This document shows, in pieces, positions 10,327-19,325 of a stretch of 64,000 nucleotides of DNA. Positions within the stretch are counted from its first letter, which is position 1, and the number at the start of each line of letters is the position of its first letter. The stretch is from Terriglobia bacterium (lineage in GTDB: Bacteria; Acidobacteriota; Terriglobia; Versatilivoradales; Versatilivoraceae): the NCBI GenBank assembly GCA_041476565.1, contig JBGOTQ010000001.1:6280-70279 (forward strand), given 5' to 3'. The notes below the pieces were generated by a model. That model did no database searches. It was not told where the DNA came from and worked only from the letters and a program-made list of their open reading frames with translations. The position numbers and the translations under genes are program-made.

Positions 10327-12606
10327 CTAAAAGAGGCGCTCTTGCCTGCGCATGTTTCCGAATGACCCCACGTTTTTCAAGGAAAAGGTGAAGCGAATTT
10401 GTGATTCGTTTTGATAGGTCGGACCGAACTGCCGCAATCCTACCTGCCGCAGTTCCATAGCGATGCCGCAGCAATCCCAATTGTAGGCCAATTGGCCTGC
10501 GATATATTGTCGGGTCTTGCTAGTGAAGTCGTATGCCACGCTCAATGCCGCATTGATCCCTCGCCGCGTGAAGTTGCCGTAACCCCCCATAGCTCGTATC
10601 TGGTTGGAGAGACGCTGCTCAGGGGGGAGGTTCTTGGTGTTGTAATACGTGAGTGCAACAAAGTTGTTGGCAATGTACACCCAACTGCTGACGCTGGAGG
10701 CCCGAACGGTTTGAATCTTGGGATCGTAATCAGTGCGGAAGTCCACAATGTAATGCATTGCTGGAGTAAAACGGACGCGAGTAATCAGCGGCGAGAAGTG
10801 ACGATACTGATCCAGGAAGCCGAAGGCGGTTAGCAGATTGACCGGGTAAAAAACGTTGGGGAGACCAGGAACCAGTGCGTTTCCAAACGTCGGATCAAAA
10901 AAGTAAATCTGCCCGATCCGAACCGATAAGAACTCGCTGGTCGTCGTCCCTCCATCCGAAGTAGGGCGGCGGGAAAAGAAGCGGTTGTTGAGGAAGTATT
11001 CAACCTGGTTGGTATTGCTGAGGATGTCGCGCTCGTCAAAAAGTATCGTCTGGTTGAACTCATTCACCCCTGTCACAAACCGGTAATTCACCTCGGGGTC
11101 GACCACGTGTTTGTATCGCTTCTTGCCGACTTCGAAGACCTTTGCCAGACTGGGTCCATGGAACTTCCCTTGAAAGTCAAACGCCGAGCGAACCAAGTTG
11201 TTTGGGGAGACCCCGGTCGGAGTGCCCGGGGCCAGGCGTTCGGAATAAAACGTCTCCCGGACAGCCACAGAGGGAGTGAAGCTCATCCCTCGAAACCTGA
11301 ATAGCGGAAAAGTCACTCGCGGATAGAAATCAAACCGCTGCACCACGGGAGGAGTCTCCACCTTGGAATCTGTGCGACTCAATCCATCCACGGCTGAGTC
11401 GAAAGAGAAATAGACGGGCCATTCCTTGACTTGATGGGCACGACTGAAGAAATCAAAGCTGGGAAGCGTCCGCGTGGTTACGGGTGTCGGGGAATATAAA
11501 GTTGAGCGATGTTCGCCGAAGAAATTCACACTGTACGTGGAGAAATTTTTTGTGAGAAACCCCGACGAAACCTGATCAGGCCGAAAAATAGTGTTGAAGG
11601 AACTTCCGTAGACCTGGCGGAAGGTCTGAGAACTAACCACATCGACGTTCACTACCCCGCGAAAGCCATTTTCAAAAATGGTGTCGGCAAGGATCCTGCC
11701 GCTTTGCCCGCCCTGGCCCAGACGGTCGATGGCGAAGAATCCTTGAGCGAAGATATGAGTTCTCTCCCCAGGCCTGGCGCGAAACACCACTTCGCCAGCC
11801 TCCCCCCGCAAGGAAAAATACTCCCCCGTCGCTAAGAGATCTGCACTCCTCCCCAAAGTCAGGTAGAAAGAATCCCGAAAGGAGCGCCCTTTTGTGGTGG
11901 AATTCCCGGTCGACGGGATTAGTAATCCGCTCTTGCGGCTAGTATCGACTGTGGGCGCCACCATGTAGGGGCTAAAGAAGATCGGAACCTTCTTGACCCG
12001 AAAAAAGGAGTGCCTCATCTTAATATTACTGTCGACCTTCAAGATCCCATTTTTCACCGAAAAGCTCCACTTTGGAACCCGGTCTTCGCAGGCTGTTACA
12101 GTGCCATCCTTGACTCGATAAGTCATCTCCGACAGCTTCTCAACCTCCTTGGCCACAAAGAAGAAACCCGGATCGACCCTCCCTTTGACGTCATAGAAGG
12201 TACCGGTCTTGCTTCCAAGATTGAACTTGAAATGCTGGCCGTTGACTTTTTGCTGACCCTGCTCAAAGTAGACGTTCCCTTCCCCTTCGACGTCCAGGGT
12301 CTCGTCGTTTCCATGTATTTCATCTGCTTTCAAAAGCATATCCTGGTAGTGGACTTCCACATTGCCTTTCGCCATGAATTCGTGCTTTGCTGTCCTATGC
12401 TGCTCGCGCGCCTCTATGGTCATGGTGTCGCCGGTGCGCGAAGTCGAAAGAGGCGGGCTCGGGAGTGTGGCGGTGGGGGCTTGTCCCCTCGTCATCGCGC
12501 CCAATTGCAGGAGAAGCAACACCGGAAGTAGGTTGCGGACTCGACTCAGCAACTGTTGTCTTTCAAACCAAGGTTGAGGGGAGGGAAAGATAGATGGTCT
12601 ACGCAA
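10327..12606 (-). CDS. lptD: LPS-assembly outer-membrane protein LptD (OstA family)
   Basis: A signal peptide is followed by an OstA-like N-terminal domain (HFKFNLGSKTGTFYDVKG...DGTVTACE) and a long C-terminal beta-barrel region ending in an aromatic-rich segment. Confidence 0.8.
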   Translation of the reverse strand: MRRPSIFPSPQPWFERQQLLSRVRNLLPVLLLLQLGAMTRGQAPTATLPSPPLSTSRTGDTMTIEAREQHRTAKHEFMAKGNVEVHYQDMLLKADEIHGNDETLDVEGEGNVYFEQGQQKVNGQHFKFNLGSKTGTFYDVKGRVDPGFFFVAKEVEKLSEMTYRVKDGTVTACEDRVPKWSFSVKNGILKVDSNIKMRHSFFRVKKVPIFFSPYMVAPTVDTSRKSGLLIPSTGNSTTKGRSFRDSFYLTLGRSADLLATGEYFSLRGEAGEVVFRARPGERTHIFAQGFFAIDRLGQGGQSGRILADTIFENGFRGVVNVDVVSSQTFRQVYGSSFNTIFRPDQVSSGFLTKNFSTYSVNFFGEHRSTLYSPTPVTTRTLPSFDFFSRAHQVKEWPVYFSFDSAVDGLSRTDSKVETPPVVQRFDFYPRVTFPLFRFRGMSFTPSVAVRETFYSERLAPGTPTGVSPNNLVRSAFDFQGKFHGPSLAKVFEVGKKRYKHVVDPEVNYRFVTGVNEFNQTILFDERDILSNTNQVEYFLNNRFFSRRPTSDGGTTTSEFLSVRIGQIYFFDPTFGNALVPGLPNVFYPVNLLTAFGFLDQYRHFSPLITRVRFTPAMHYIVDFRTDYDPKIQTVRASSVSSWVYIANNFVALTYYNTKNLPPEQRLSNQIRAMGGYGNFTRRGINAALSVAYDFTSKTRQYIAGQLAYNWDCCGIAMELRQVGLRQFGPTYQNESQIRFTFSLKNVGSFGNMRRQERLF

Positions 12607-12794
12607 ATGGAACCCAACAGGAAAAGCTTCGCCAGGAAATCGACTATTAATACAGTAAACAGTAATCTAGCATGCACCCGGATGCAATTCAATATTGCCG
12701 CCACAGGGGCCTTTTGCTAACATACCAGTGGTCCGCTGTATCAATTTTTGAGCAACGGAGCCCCATCTGATTTGGGAGCCTGGAAGGTTAGTGC

Positions 12795-13814
12795 GTGTCC
12801 CCTGAAGTAACCTCACAGAAATGTCCCTCCTGTAGTAGGGCGAACCTGATCACCGCGAGCATGTGTTGCCAGTGCGGACGTCCTTTAGTCCAACTGACCC
12901 AAGCCTCCGGCCTGGCGGACAGCATCATGGAACTGAAGACGTCTCGTCTGGGTGCAAAGAAGTCGGAGGACAAGAATCTCTCCCGGAACGGATTCACCCA
13001 AGACGGAGTCCGAAAGGTTCTCGATCGGGAGCTTGTCCGCCCCCGGGTAGAGGCTCAGGGGAACGGTGCGACACCAATCGACCCACCCTTCAGACCCGAG
13101 TATCACCCATTAGCCGAACGCGCATTGGAGAAAGTGAATCGGGTTCGCGTTCAAAAGGAATCCCCTCCTCGGTCTGACATTCAAGAGAACAAAGCCCCCC
13201 TGCCTGAAGTGGAATCTCCCAAACTGAATTCCCCGACTGCTCTGGCAGCCAGGAAGGTCAATCGTCAGACGACTCCAAACAGAGGCAAGGTCGAAAGGAT
13301 TGAAATCAATTTAAGCCAGGGGGTCTTGCCGTTCGAGGATGCTGCGCTTCCGCACAGCCCTCTTCTGGAGGATGCTCTTTCAACGGGTCTGGCGGCAGCT
13401 CCCTTGGCCACACGCGCGATGGCAGGGACAATCGACGCCCTGTTTATTCTTGGGTGTTTCCTCCTATTTCTAGGGATTGTTTTCTTTGTGCCGGATTTTT
13501 CCCTCCCGACGAAATCCTCCCTCCTGGGATTAGCTGTTGTTCTTATGTTGATGTCTGTTTCCTACCTGTTCTTGTTCATTATTACGGGTGCCCAGACGTT
13601 GGGTATGGAGTACGAGAGTTTGAAGGTGGTCGGTTTTGACGGTCGAATCCCCTCGTTGAAGGAGATTGGACTACGAGTGTTCGGCTCTTTCACTTCTCTC
13701 GGGTGTTTTATGCTGGGATTCATTTGGGCCTACTTTGATCCCGATCGCCTGACCTGGCATGATCGCATTTCCAAAACGCTGATTGTCCAAAGAAGAGAGC
13801 GTCCTTTCAAGTAA
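12795..13814 (+). CDS. zinc-ribbon / RDD-family membrane protein with a low-complexity linker
   Basis: The N-terminus has CPSC...CCQCG (a four-Cys zinc ribbon). A charged, Pro-rich linker follows. The C-terminus is an RDD-type three-TM domain (GTIDALFILGCFLL...WHDRISKTLIV). Confidence 0.6.
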   Translation: MSPEVTSQKCPSCSRANLITASMCCQCGRPLVQLTQASGLADSIMELKTSRLGAKKSEDKNLSRNGFTQDGVRKVLDRELVRPRVEAQGNGATPIDPPFRPEYHPLAERALEKVNRVRVQKESPPRSDIQENKAPLPEVESPKLNSPTALAARKVNRQTTPNRGKVERIEINLSQGVLPFEDAALPHSPLLEDALSTGLAAAPLATRAMAGTIDALFILGCFLLFLGIVFFVPDFSLPTKSSLLGLAVVLMLMSVSYLFLFIITGAQTLGMEYESLKVVGFDGRIPSLKEIGLRVFGSFTSLGCFMLGFIWAYFDPDRLTWHDRISKTLIVQRRERPFK

Positions 13815-13952
13815 ACGGAGTCGGTTCCGGTAAAATGAACTTGACTTTCATTTTCATGTAAAGTCTGATATTCTTCTACGTCGATAATTCATTGAAATCC
13901 TGTGGCTTAAGTGGACTCAGGTCCAGAATTGTTCTGATAATGGGGGCACCGG

Positions 13953-14807
13953 ATGTTAGAAGGATTTGTCATTACCTTGCGAGAAGGGATGGAGGCCTTC
14001 CTTATTGTCGGGTTGTGCCTTGCTTATTTGCGGAAGAGCGGTCGCCGACACCTGGAGAGAGCTGTGTACTGGGGCATCGCTGTTGCCCTCGTCCTTTGTA
14101 CTTCCGCTGGAGTAGTCCTCTATCAAGCAACGTTTAACCAGTCTTACTGGGAAGCTATCCTCTCGCTGGTGGCAGCACTCTTTGTGGGAACCCTTACCCT
14201 GCACATGTGGCGGGCCTCACGTAGGCTCAGGAAAGAGATCGAAACCCAGCTGGAGCTGGCTTCCGCCAAAACCGGGGGGGCAGCCGCCTATTGGGGCGTC
14301 TTTATTTTCACCATCCTGATGATTTCTCGGGAGGGCATTGAAACGGCCTTGCTGCTTGGTTCGCTCATGTTCCAGGCACAGGCCCGACCCGTGCTCGCCG
14401 GGGGCGTGCTTGGTCTCTTGGCCGCCATTGGGTTGGCCTTCTTGTGGGCGCATTATGGACGGCGAATCAATCTGTCCCGTTTCTTCCAGGTGACAGCCCT
14501 CTTCCTGTTGATCTTTGTCGTCCAGTTGCTCATCTATTCGTTCCACGAATTTACCGAGGCTTCGCTTTTTTCCAACAGTGAATATCTTCATCGCATTACG
14601 GAACCCTACGGGCCCGACGGTAGATATGGAAAGTTTCTGACGTATTGCTTGGTCCTGATCCCGGCAGGGTGGTTTCTTATCTCCTCAGCGCTGATACGGA
14701 AAAAAGACCACCGCAGAAGCCTGTCCACCCTCCAGTCCCTTGATCCGGTGGGAAGGCCGGTCTTGTCACCAACAGAAAGGGCTCTTGACTGTGGAAAAAG
14801 TAATTAA
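13953..14807 (+). CDS. FTR1/EfeU-family high-affinity iron permease
   Basis: Two RExxE motifs sit in predicted TM helices ([13 protein letters not shown] and [13 protein letters not shown]), which is diagnostic of the FTR1/EfeU family. Confidence 0.65.
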   Translation: MLEGFVITLREGMEAFLIVGLCLAYLRKSGRRHLERAVYWGIAVALVLCTSAGVVLYQATFNQSYWEAILSLVAALFVGTLTLHMWRASRRLRKEIETQLELASAKTGGAAAYWGVFIFTILMISREGIETALLLGSLMFQAQARPVLAGGVLGLLAAIGLAFLWAHYGRRINLSRFFQVTALFLLIFVVQLLIYSFHEFTEASLFSNSEYLHRITEPYGPDGRYGKFLTYCLVLIPAGWFLISSALIRKKDHRRSLSTLQSLDPVGRPVLSPTERALDCGKSN

Positions 14808-15192
14808 GCCTGATGCCCAGTGGAGGAAGATTCTTACACCCAAACAATACCAGGTGACCCGCCGGAAAGGTACAGAACCGGCATTTAGCGGGGAGTACTG
14901 GGACACGCATGACAGGGGGACCTTCCGCTGTGTCTGTTGTGGGAATGATCTGTTCACTTCAAACAAAAAATTCGATTCAGGGACGGGCTGGCCCAGCTTC
15001 TGGGATCCTGTTGCCAAAGAAAACATCCGGACCGTAATCGACAACAGCTTACCCCTGCCGCGAATTGAAGTCCTCTGTAGCCGCTGCGATGCCCATCTCG
15101 GACATATTTTTGAAGACGGCCCAGAACCAACCGGACTGCGCTATTGCATCAACTCTGCAGCCTTAATGTTCGACAGGTCCCCGCAGGAGTGA
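14740..15192 (+). CDS. msrB: peptide-methionine (R)-S-oxide reductase
   Basis: [26 protein letters not shown], the CxxC pairs (CVCCG ... [12 protein letters not shown]) and the catalytic RYCINS region match MsrB. The likely real start is the GTG at 14791, which overlaps the end of the permease gene. Confidence 0.85.
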   Translation: MIRWEGRSCHQQKGLLTVEKVIKPDAQWRKILTPKQYQVTRRKGTEPAFSGEYWDTHDRGTFRCVCCGNDLFTSNKKFDSGTGWPSFWDPVAKENIRTVIDNSLPLPRIEVLCSRCDAHLGHIFEDGPEPTGLRYCINSAALMFDRSPQE

Positions 15193-15196
15193 CCCC

Positions 15197-16084
15197 TTAA
15201 CGCTTGGCTTCGAAATCAAAATACTCCTGTTCCACAACATACCCTTTGTCTTTCAGCTCGATCTTTAACAGGGTGTGACCGGGAAGATAGAGTCTCTTTC
15301 CAAACAACGTCTCAGGCCGATAGTCAATTTGGAACTCATATTTGCGCCAGCCTTTGGGGAGCTTGAGTTGCTTAGCAGAGATCCGAAGCAACCGGTTGTC
15401 GTTCACACCAACCCAGAGGAGCCCACGTTGACGGAGGGGGACCGGGTGGCCGAGGATATTGATCTGTTGGCCAGCGAGTTGTGGGACGGTCTCAAATCGG
15501 AGAACCTCGCAATTGTTTCCATCAATTACTTCCTGCCGCTCTTTATGGAAATCGCTGGCAAAACGATTCTCGAAATCAAACATCTGGTTGATGGCGCCTG
15601 TGAAAGGGTTGTCCAGGGTCGGCAAATCCCCCAACGCGCCGGGGTCATTCCCTGCGGCCCCCCCCCCCCACATACGTGTCTCCCGGAACGTTGCTCGAGT
15701 GGCAACCTCCCGGTTTTGTTGGCGCTCGACTTGATAACCGTTCAGAAATTCACGTCTGGCTAGTGTCTGTCCCTTGGCGTCAGATTCCGTGACGACAAGT
15801 CTCTCCCGACATTGAAAACTTCTTAGCGAAATCTGGTCCATGCTCAGGTTTTCGCTCAAGTGTGTCAGAATCTGCTGATCGTCTTCAAATATGATGGATT
15901 CTTCCTGGGCCCAGAGGGGCACAACTCCAGTCCCCAGCAGAAACAAAAAAACTGCGCGCAAGAGTGGTTTTTGTTGGTTCACTTCATCTTTCCGAATCCA
16001 GTGGGGCATGCCGGCCAGGGTCGCGGCCGACCATTGCTCCTGGCTTTCCCAATGTGCTACGATGTCAGAAGGTTGCCTAGTCAA
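15197..16084 (-). CDS. hypothetical secreted protein
   Basis: It has a signal-peptide-like LLRAVFLFLLGTGVVPLWAQ and no recognisable domain. It contains an in-frame G12 homopolymer that encodes WGGGAAG. Confidence 0.5.
   Translation of the reverse strand: MTRQPSDIVAHWESQEQWSAATLAGMPHWIRKDEVNQQKPLLRAVFLFLLGTGVVPLWAQEESIIFEDDQQILTHLSENLSMDQISLRSFQCRERLVVTESDAKGQTLARREFLNGYQVERQQNREVATRATFRETRMWGGGAAGNDPGALGDLPTLDNPFTGAINQMFDFENRFASDFHKERQEVIDGNNCEVLRFETVPQLAGQQINILGHPVPLRQRGLLWVGVNDNRLLRISAKQLKLPKGWRKYEFQIDYRPETLFGKRLYLPGHTLLKIELKDKGYVVEQEYFDFEAKR
15658..15669. repeat. C12/G12 homopolymeric tract inside a CDS
   Basis: Twelve consecutive C residues on the plus strand, counted directly. This is the longest homopolymer in the window. 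Confidence 0.9.
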
Positions 16085-16240
16085 GGGTGTTGGCTACAAG
16101 GCGCACGGCAAGGTTGGACGTTCCGCCACAGACCTTTGCCCCTTGAGACAGTGTGAAGCATCCGTCGGCTGGCGTCAAATTCTTCTTAGCTAGGCCGGTT
16201 GTGGCGTTGTTCGATTTCGAGCTCTTTGGCTGGTCGTCGC

Positions 16241-17104
16241 ATGGCTGGAACGCTGTACGTGGTGGCAACACCCATTGGTAATCTCGAAGACATCACCTTG
16301 CGCGCTTTAAGGGTTTTGCGTGGGGTGGATTTGCTAGCCTGTGAAGACACACGTCAGACATCCAAGTTGCTGGATCACTACCACATCAGCCTCCCTTTGA
16401 CCAGCTATCATGAGCACAACGAGCAGGAAAAAGCCGATTATTTATTGGAACAACTCCAAGCCGGGAAGCAGGTGGGCCTGGTTTCAGATTCCGGAACACC
16501 CTGCCTCTCGGACCCAGGTTACCGCATTGTCCGGGTGGCCCTCGAGAACGGTATCCGGGTGGTTCCTATTCCCGGGGCCAGTGCGCTCATAGCAGCTCTC
16601 AGTGCTTCCGGCCGTCCTACAAATGAATTTGTATTCCTTGGATTCCTGCCCTCCCGCAAGGGTCCCCGCAAAACCTTCCTCCAAAAGCTGAAAGCGGAAC
16701 CAAGAACGCTGGTCGTTTATGAGGCTCCCCGTCGTCTTCTGGAGAGCTTGCTGGATATCCGAGAGATCCTTGGGGACCGTCGGCTCACCGTCGCCCGGGA
16801 GCTAACGAAAATTCACGAGGAGTTTTTCTTCGGTCAGGTGTCAGAAGCTTATGACCATTTTCGCGCCCGTACCGTGAAGGGAGAGATTGTCCTCATCCTG
16901 GAGAGAGGCGAGCTAACCCGAAGTTCTTGTGGAACTTTGAATACCGAAGAAATGGACTTGCTTGTGAGAAATGCGATGGTGGTTCATGGGATCAGTCACA
17001 GGGAGGCTATCAAACTAGTAGCCGGGCAGTGGAATGTCTCCCGAAGGGGACTCTACCAACTGCTCGTATCGAGTAAAAGATCTGCCGCAGGAGGCGAGCT
17101 GTGA
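16241..17104 (+). CDS. rsmI: 16S rRNA (cytidine1402-2'-O)-methyltransferase
   Basis: GTLYVVATPIGNLEDITLRALRVL...LACEDTR...SDSGTPCLSDPGYRIV is the RsmI/tetrapyrrole-methylase fold signature. The ORF-track start at 16199 is probably an N-terminal over-extension. Confidence 0.85.
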   Translation: MAGTLYVVATPIGNLEDITLRALRVLRGVDLLACEDTRQTSKLLDHYHISLPLTSYHEHNEQEKADYLLEQLQAGKQVGLVSDSGTPCLSDPGYRIVRVALENGIRVVPIPGASALIAALSASGRPTNEFVFLGFLPSRKGPRKTFLQKLKAEPRTLVVYEAPRRLLESLLDIREILGDRRLTVARELTKIHEEFFFGQVSEAYDHFRARTVKGEIVLILERGELTRSSCGTLNTEEMDLLVRNAMVVHGISHREAIKLVAGQWNVSRRGLYQLLVSSKRSAAGGEL

Positions 17105-18264
17105 GACTTGCAAAACGATTGGGTCGTTTGGGAACTGAAACAGCCTTCGAAGTCCTCGTCAAAGCGCGAGCCTTGGAGGCTCAAGGAAGGGACATCATCC
17201 ATCTTGAAATCGGAGAGCCAGACTTTGCCACGCCGGCCAATGTGGTGGAGGCTGCCAGCCGGGCTCTGCGTGAAGGGTACACCCACTATTGCCCTTCCGC
17301 CGGACTCAATGAATTGCGCGAAGCAATCGCCTGCGAGATCCGGACAACAAGAGGAGTGAAAGTGGACCCCGACTGGATCGTGGTGACGCCCGGGGGAAAA
17401 CCCATCATGTTCTACTTACTCCTGGCTGTGGTAGAGGCAGGAGATGAGGTCCTCTATCCGAACCCCGGGTTCCCGATTTACGAGTCTATGATCAACTTCG
17501 CGGGTGGGACTCCTGTGCCCATCCCCTTGCGACAAGAACTCAAGTTCCGTTTCGATCCCAGAGAGTTCCAAAGCAAGGTGACCGAGCGGACCAAGCTGAT
17601 CATAATTAACTCCCCTCAAAATCCCACTGGCGGCCTGCTCACAGAAAGTGATCTCCAGACTATTGCCGAAGTGGCCAGGGAGCGAGACGTGTTGGTTCTG
17701 TCGGATGAGATTTATTCTCATATTATTTACGGGGAGGCTCATCAAAGCATCGCCACCCTCAGCGGAATGCTGGAGCGCACCATCATCCTCGACGGTTTCT
17801 CAAAGACTTATGCCATGACAGGGTGGAGATTGGGCTACGGTGTGATGCACCCTACCCTCCAAACCCACGTCTCCAAGCTGGTGACCAACAGCGTTTCCTG
17901 CACAGCCCCGTTTATCCAGCGAGCAGGCCTTGAAGCCCTGGCGAACACCGCGGCGGCTGTTTCCCACATGGTGGCGGAATTCCGGCGTCGCCGTGACTTG
18001 ATTGTACGGGGGCTCAACGAAATCCCCGGCCTGCAATGCTTGTGTCCTTCTGGCGCCTTCTACGTTTTTCCCAACATTCGGGCCTTTGGCAAGAGTAGCA
18101 GTGAGTTTGCAGATCGACTCCTCATGGAGGCTGGGGTTGCAGCACTATCCGGCACGGCCTTCGGATCCTACGGAGAAGGGTATATTCGGCTTTCTTACGC
18201 AAACTCGCTAGAGAACCTGGACCGGGCGATCCAAAGGATCCGTGAGTTCACTGCACATTTGTGA
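17101..18264 (+). CDS. PLP-dependent aminotransferase class I/II (aspartate aminotransferase-like)
   Basis: GEPDF...NPGFPIYE...NSPQNPTGG...SKTYAMTGWRLGY (the Lys-containing SK motif) are present. The GTG start overlaps the rsmI stop (GTGA). Confidence 0.8.
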   Translation: MRLAKRLGRLGTETAFEVLVKARALEAQGRDIIHLEIGEPDFATPANVVEAASRALREGYTHYCPSAGLNELREAIACEIRTTRGVKVDPDWIVVTPGGKPIMFYLLLAVVEAGDEVLYPNPGFPIYESMINFAGGTPVPIPLRQELKFRFDPREFQSKVTERTKLIIINSPQNPTGGLLTESDLQTIAEVARERDVLVLSDEIYSHIIYGEAHQSIATLSGMLERTIILDGFSKTYAMTGWRLGYGVMHPTLQTHVSKLVTNSVSCTAPFIQRAGLEALANTAAAVSHMVAEFRRRRDLIVRGLNEIPGLQCLCPSGAFYVFPNIRAFGKSSSEFADRLLMEAGVAALSGTAFGSYGEGYIRLSYANSLENLDRAIQRIREFTAHL

Positions 18265-18382
18265 CCGGCGGCCATTCTTGCAGGCAGGTCGATGGGTTGA
18301 CAGGTCCGATCCGGAATGGCGATCTTTGTCGAAGATCGGTGACTGCACCTCCTTATCCTCGCCCCTCGATCTTCAACGCTGT

Positions 18383-19081
18383 TCAATCCTGCTTTGAGGA
18401 TGCTTTCAGGTCAATCATCTTGATGCCCGGGACTGGTTCTGTCGTCACCACGCGGATGGCCCGAGCCAACTGGTGAGTGATGCCTTGGATTCGATAACAG
18501 GCTTGAAGAATCGACTCTGCTTCCTTTTTCAGCTCTTCATCTTGGCCAGGTTGGTCCAAGCCCTTAGCAATGAGCCTGGCTGCTCCGACAATCGTGGTAA
18601 GGGGATTATTGATCTCATGACACACGGTATTGGCGGCGCCCCGCAGGGTCAAGAACTTCTCGTCTTCCATTTTCCGCAAATAGCGGCTCTTGGTGTCTAG
18701 AAACCGGTTCACGCGCGCCACGACTTCGAACAACTCGGACAGGCCCGACGGTTTCACCAGGTAGTCGTTGGCCCCGATGTCGATTCCTTTGATCTTGTCT
18801 TCCACCTCGCCTTTGGAAGTCAGCATGATTACGATGGTGCTTGTACCCTCCGGCAACTCCCGGATCTTTTGGCAAACTTTGAACCCGTCCATCTCCGGCA
18901 TGATGATATCCAGTAGTATGATATCCGGTTTGAGTTCCGTTACCAGTTGGAGGGCTTTCTCGCCGGAACTAGCATAGACGACCTGGAAACCGAGACCGGT
19001 AAAGCAGTCCACCAGTAGTCCCGCGTAATTAGCATCGTCGTCGACAACCAGGATTTTGGCGTGAGGCACTTCCAACATGAG
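18383..19081 (-). CDS. response-regulator receiver domain fused to a HisKA/DHp-like domain, with no ATPase domain
   Basis: KILVVDDD...ILLDIIMPEMDGF...LTSKGE is a REC domain. It is followed by an H-box (HEINNPLTTIVGAARL), and the protein ends about 70 aa later without N, G1 or G2 boxes. The start is taken at the internal Met (MLEVPHAKILVVDDD). Confidence 0.65.
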   Translation of the reverse strand, partial: LMLEVPHAKILVVDDDANYAGLLVDCFTGLGFQVVYASSGEKALQLVTELKPDIILLDIIMPEMDGFKVCQKIRELPEGTSTIVIMLTSKGEVEDKIKGIDIGANDYLVKPSGLSELFEVVARVNRFLDTKSRYLRKMEDEKFLTLRGAANTVCHEINNPLTTIVGAARLIAKGLDQPGQDEELKKEAESILQACYRIQGITHQLARAIRVVTTEPVPGIKMIDLKASSKQD

Positions 19082-19325
19082 AAGATCCCGTCCAGAAGAG
19101 GTGCTTCCAAATGTCCCCTGGAGATGAATCGGCAAGATTCCCAAGAACCCTTATGCCGCCTTGTCTCATCATGCCTCGGGTCATCCCTCCTGTCAAACCG
19201 GCCCGCAGGCAATATCACATGAACCCTGCGGCAAATCAGGGCCTCATCGGGCCCTTTGTATATGGAGTCTTAGCTGGCTGAATGGGTTATAATAGTTGGG
19301 GGTGGAAGGGATGTGCGTTTGAGCC

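Noticed and set aside
13892-14137. 81-aa plus-strand ORF overlapping the start of the FTR1 permease
   Set aside because: It is an out-of-frame overlap with a motif-supported gene, and it is Cys/Arg-rich junk.
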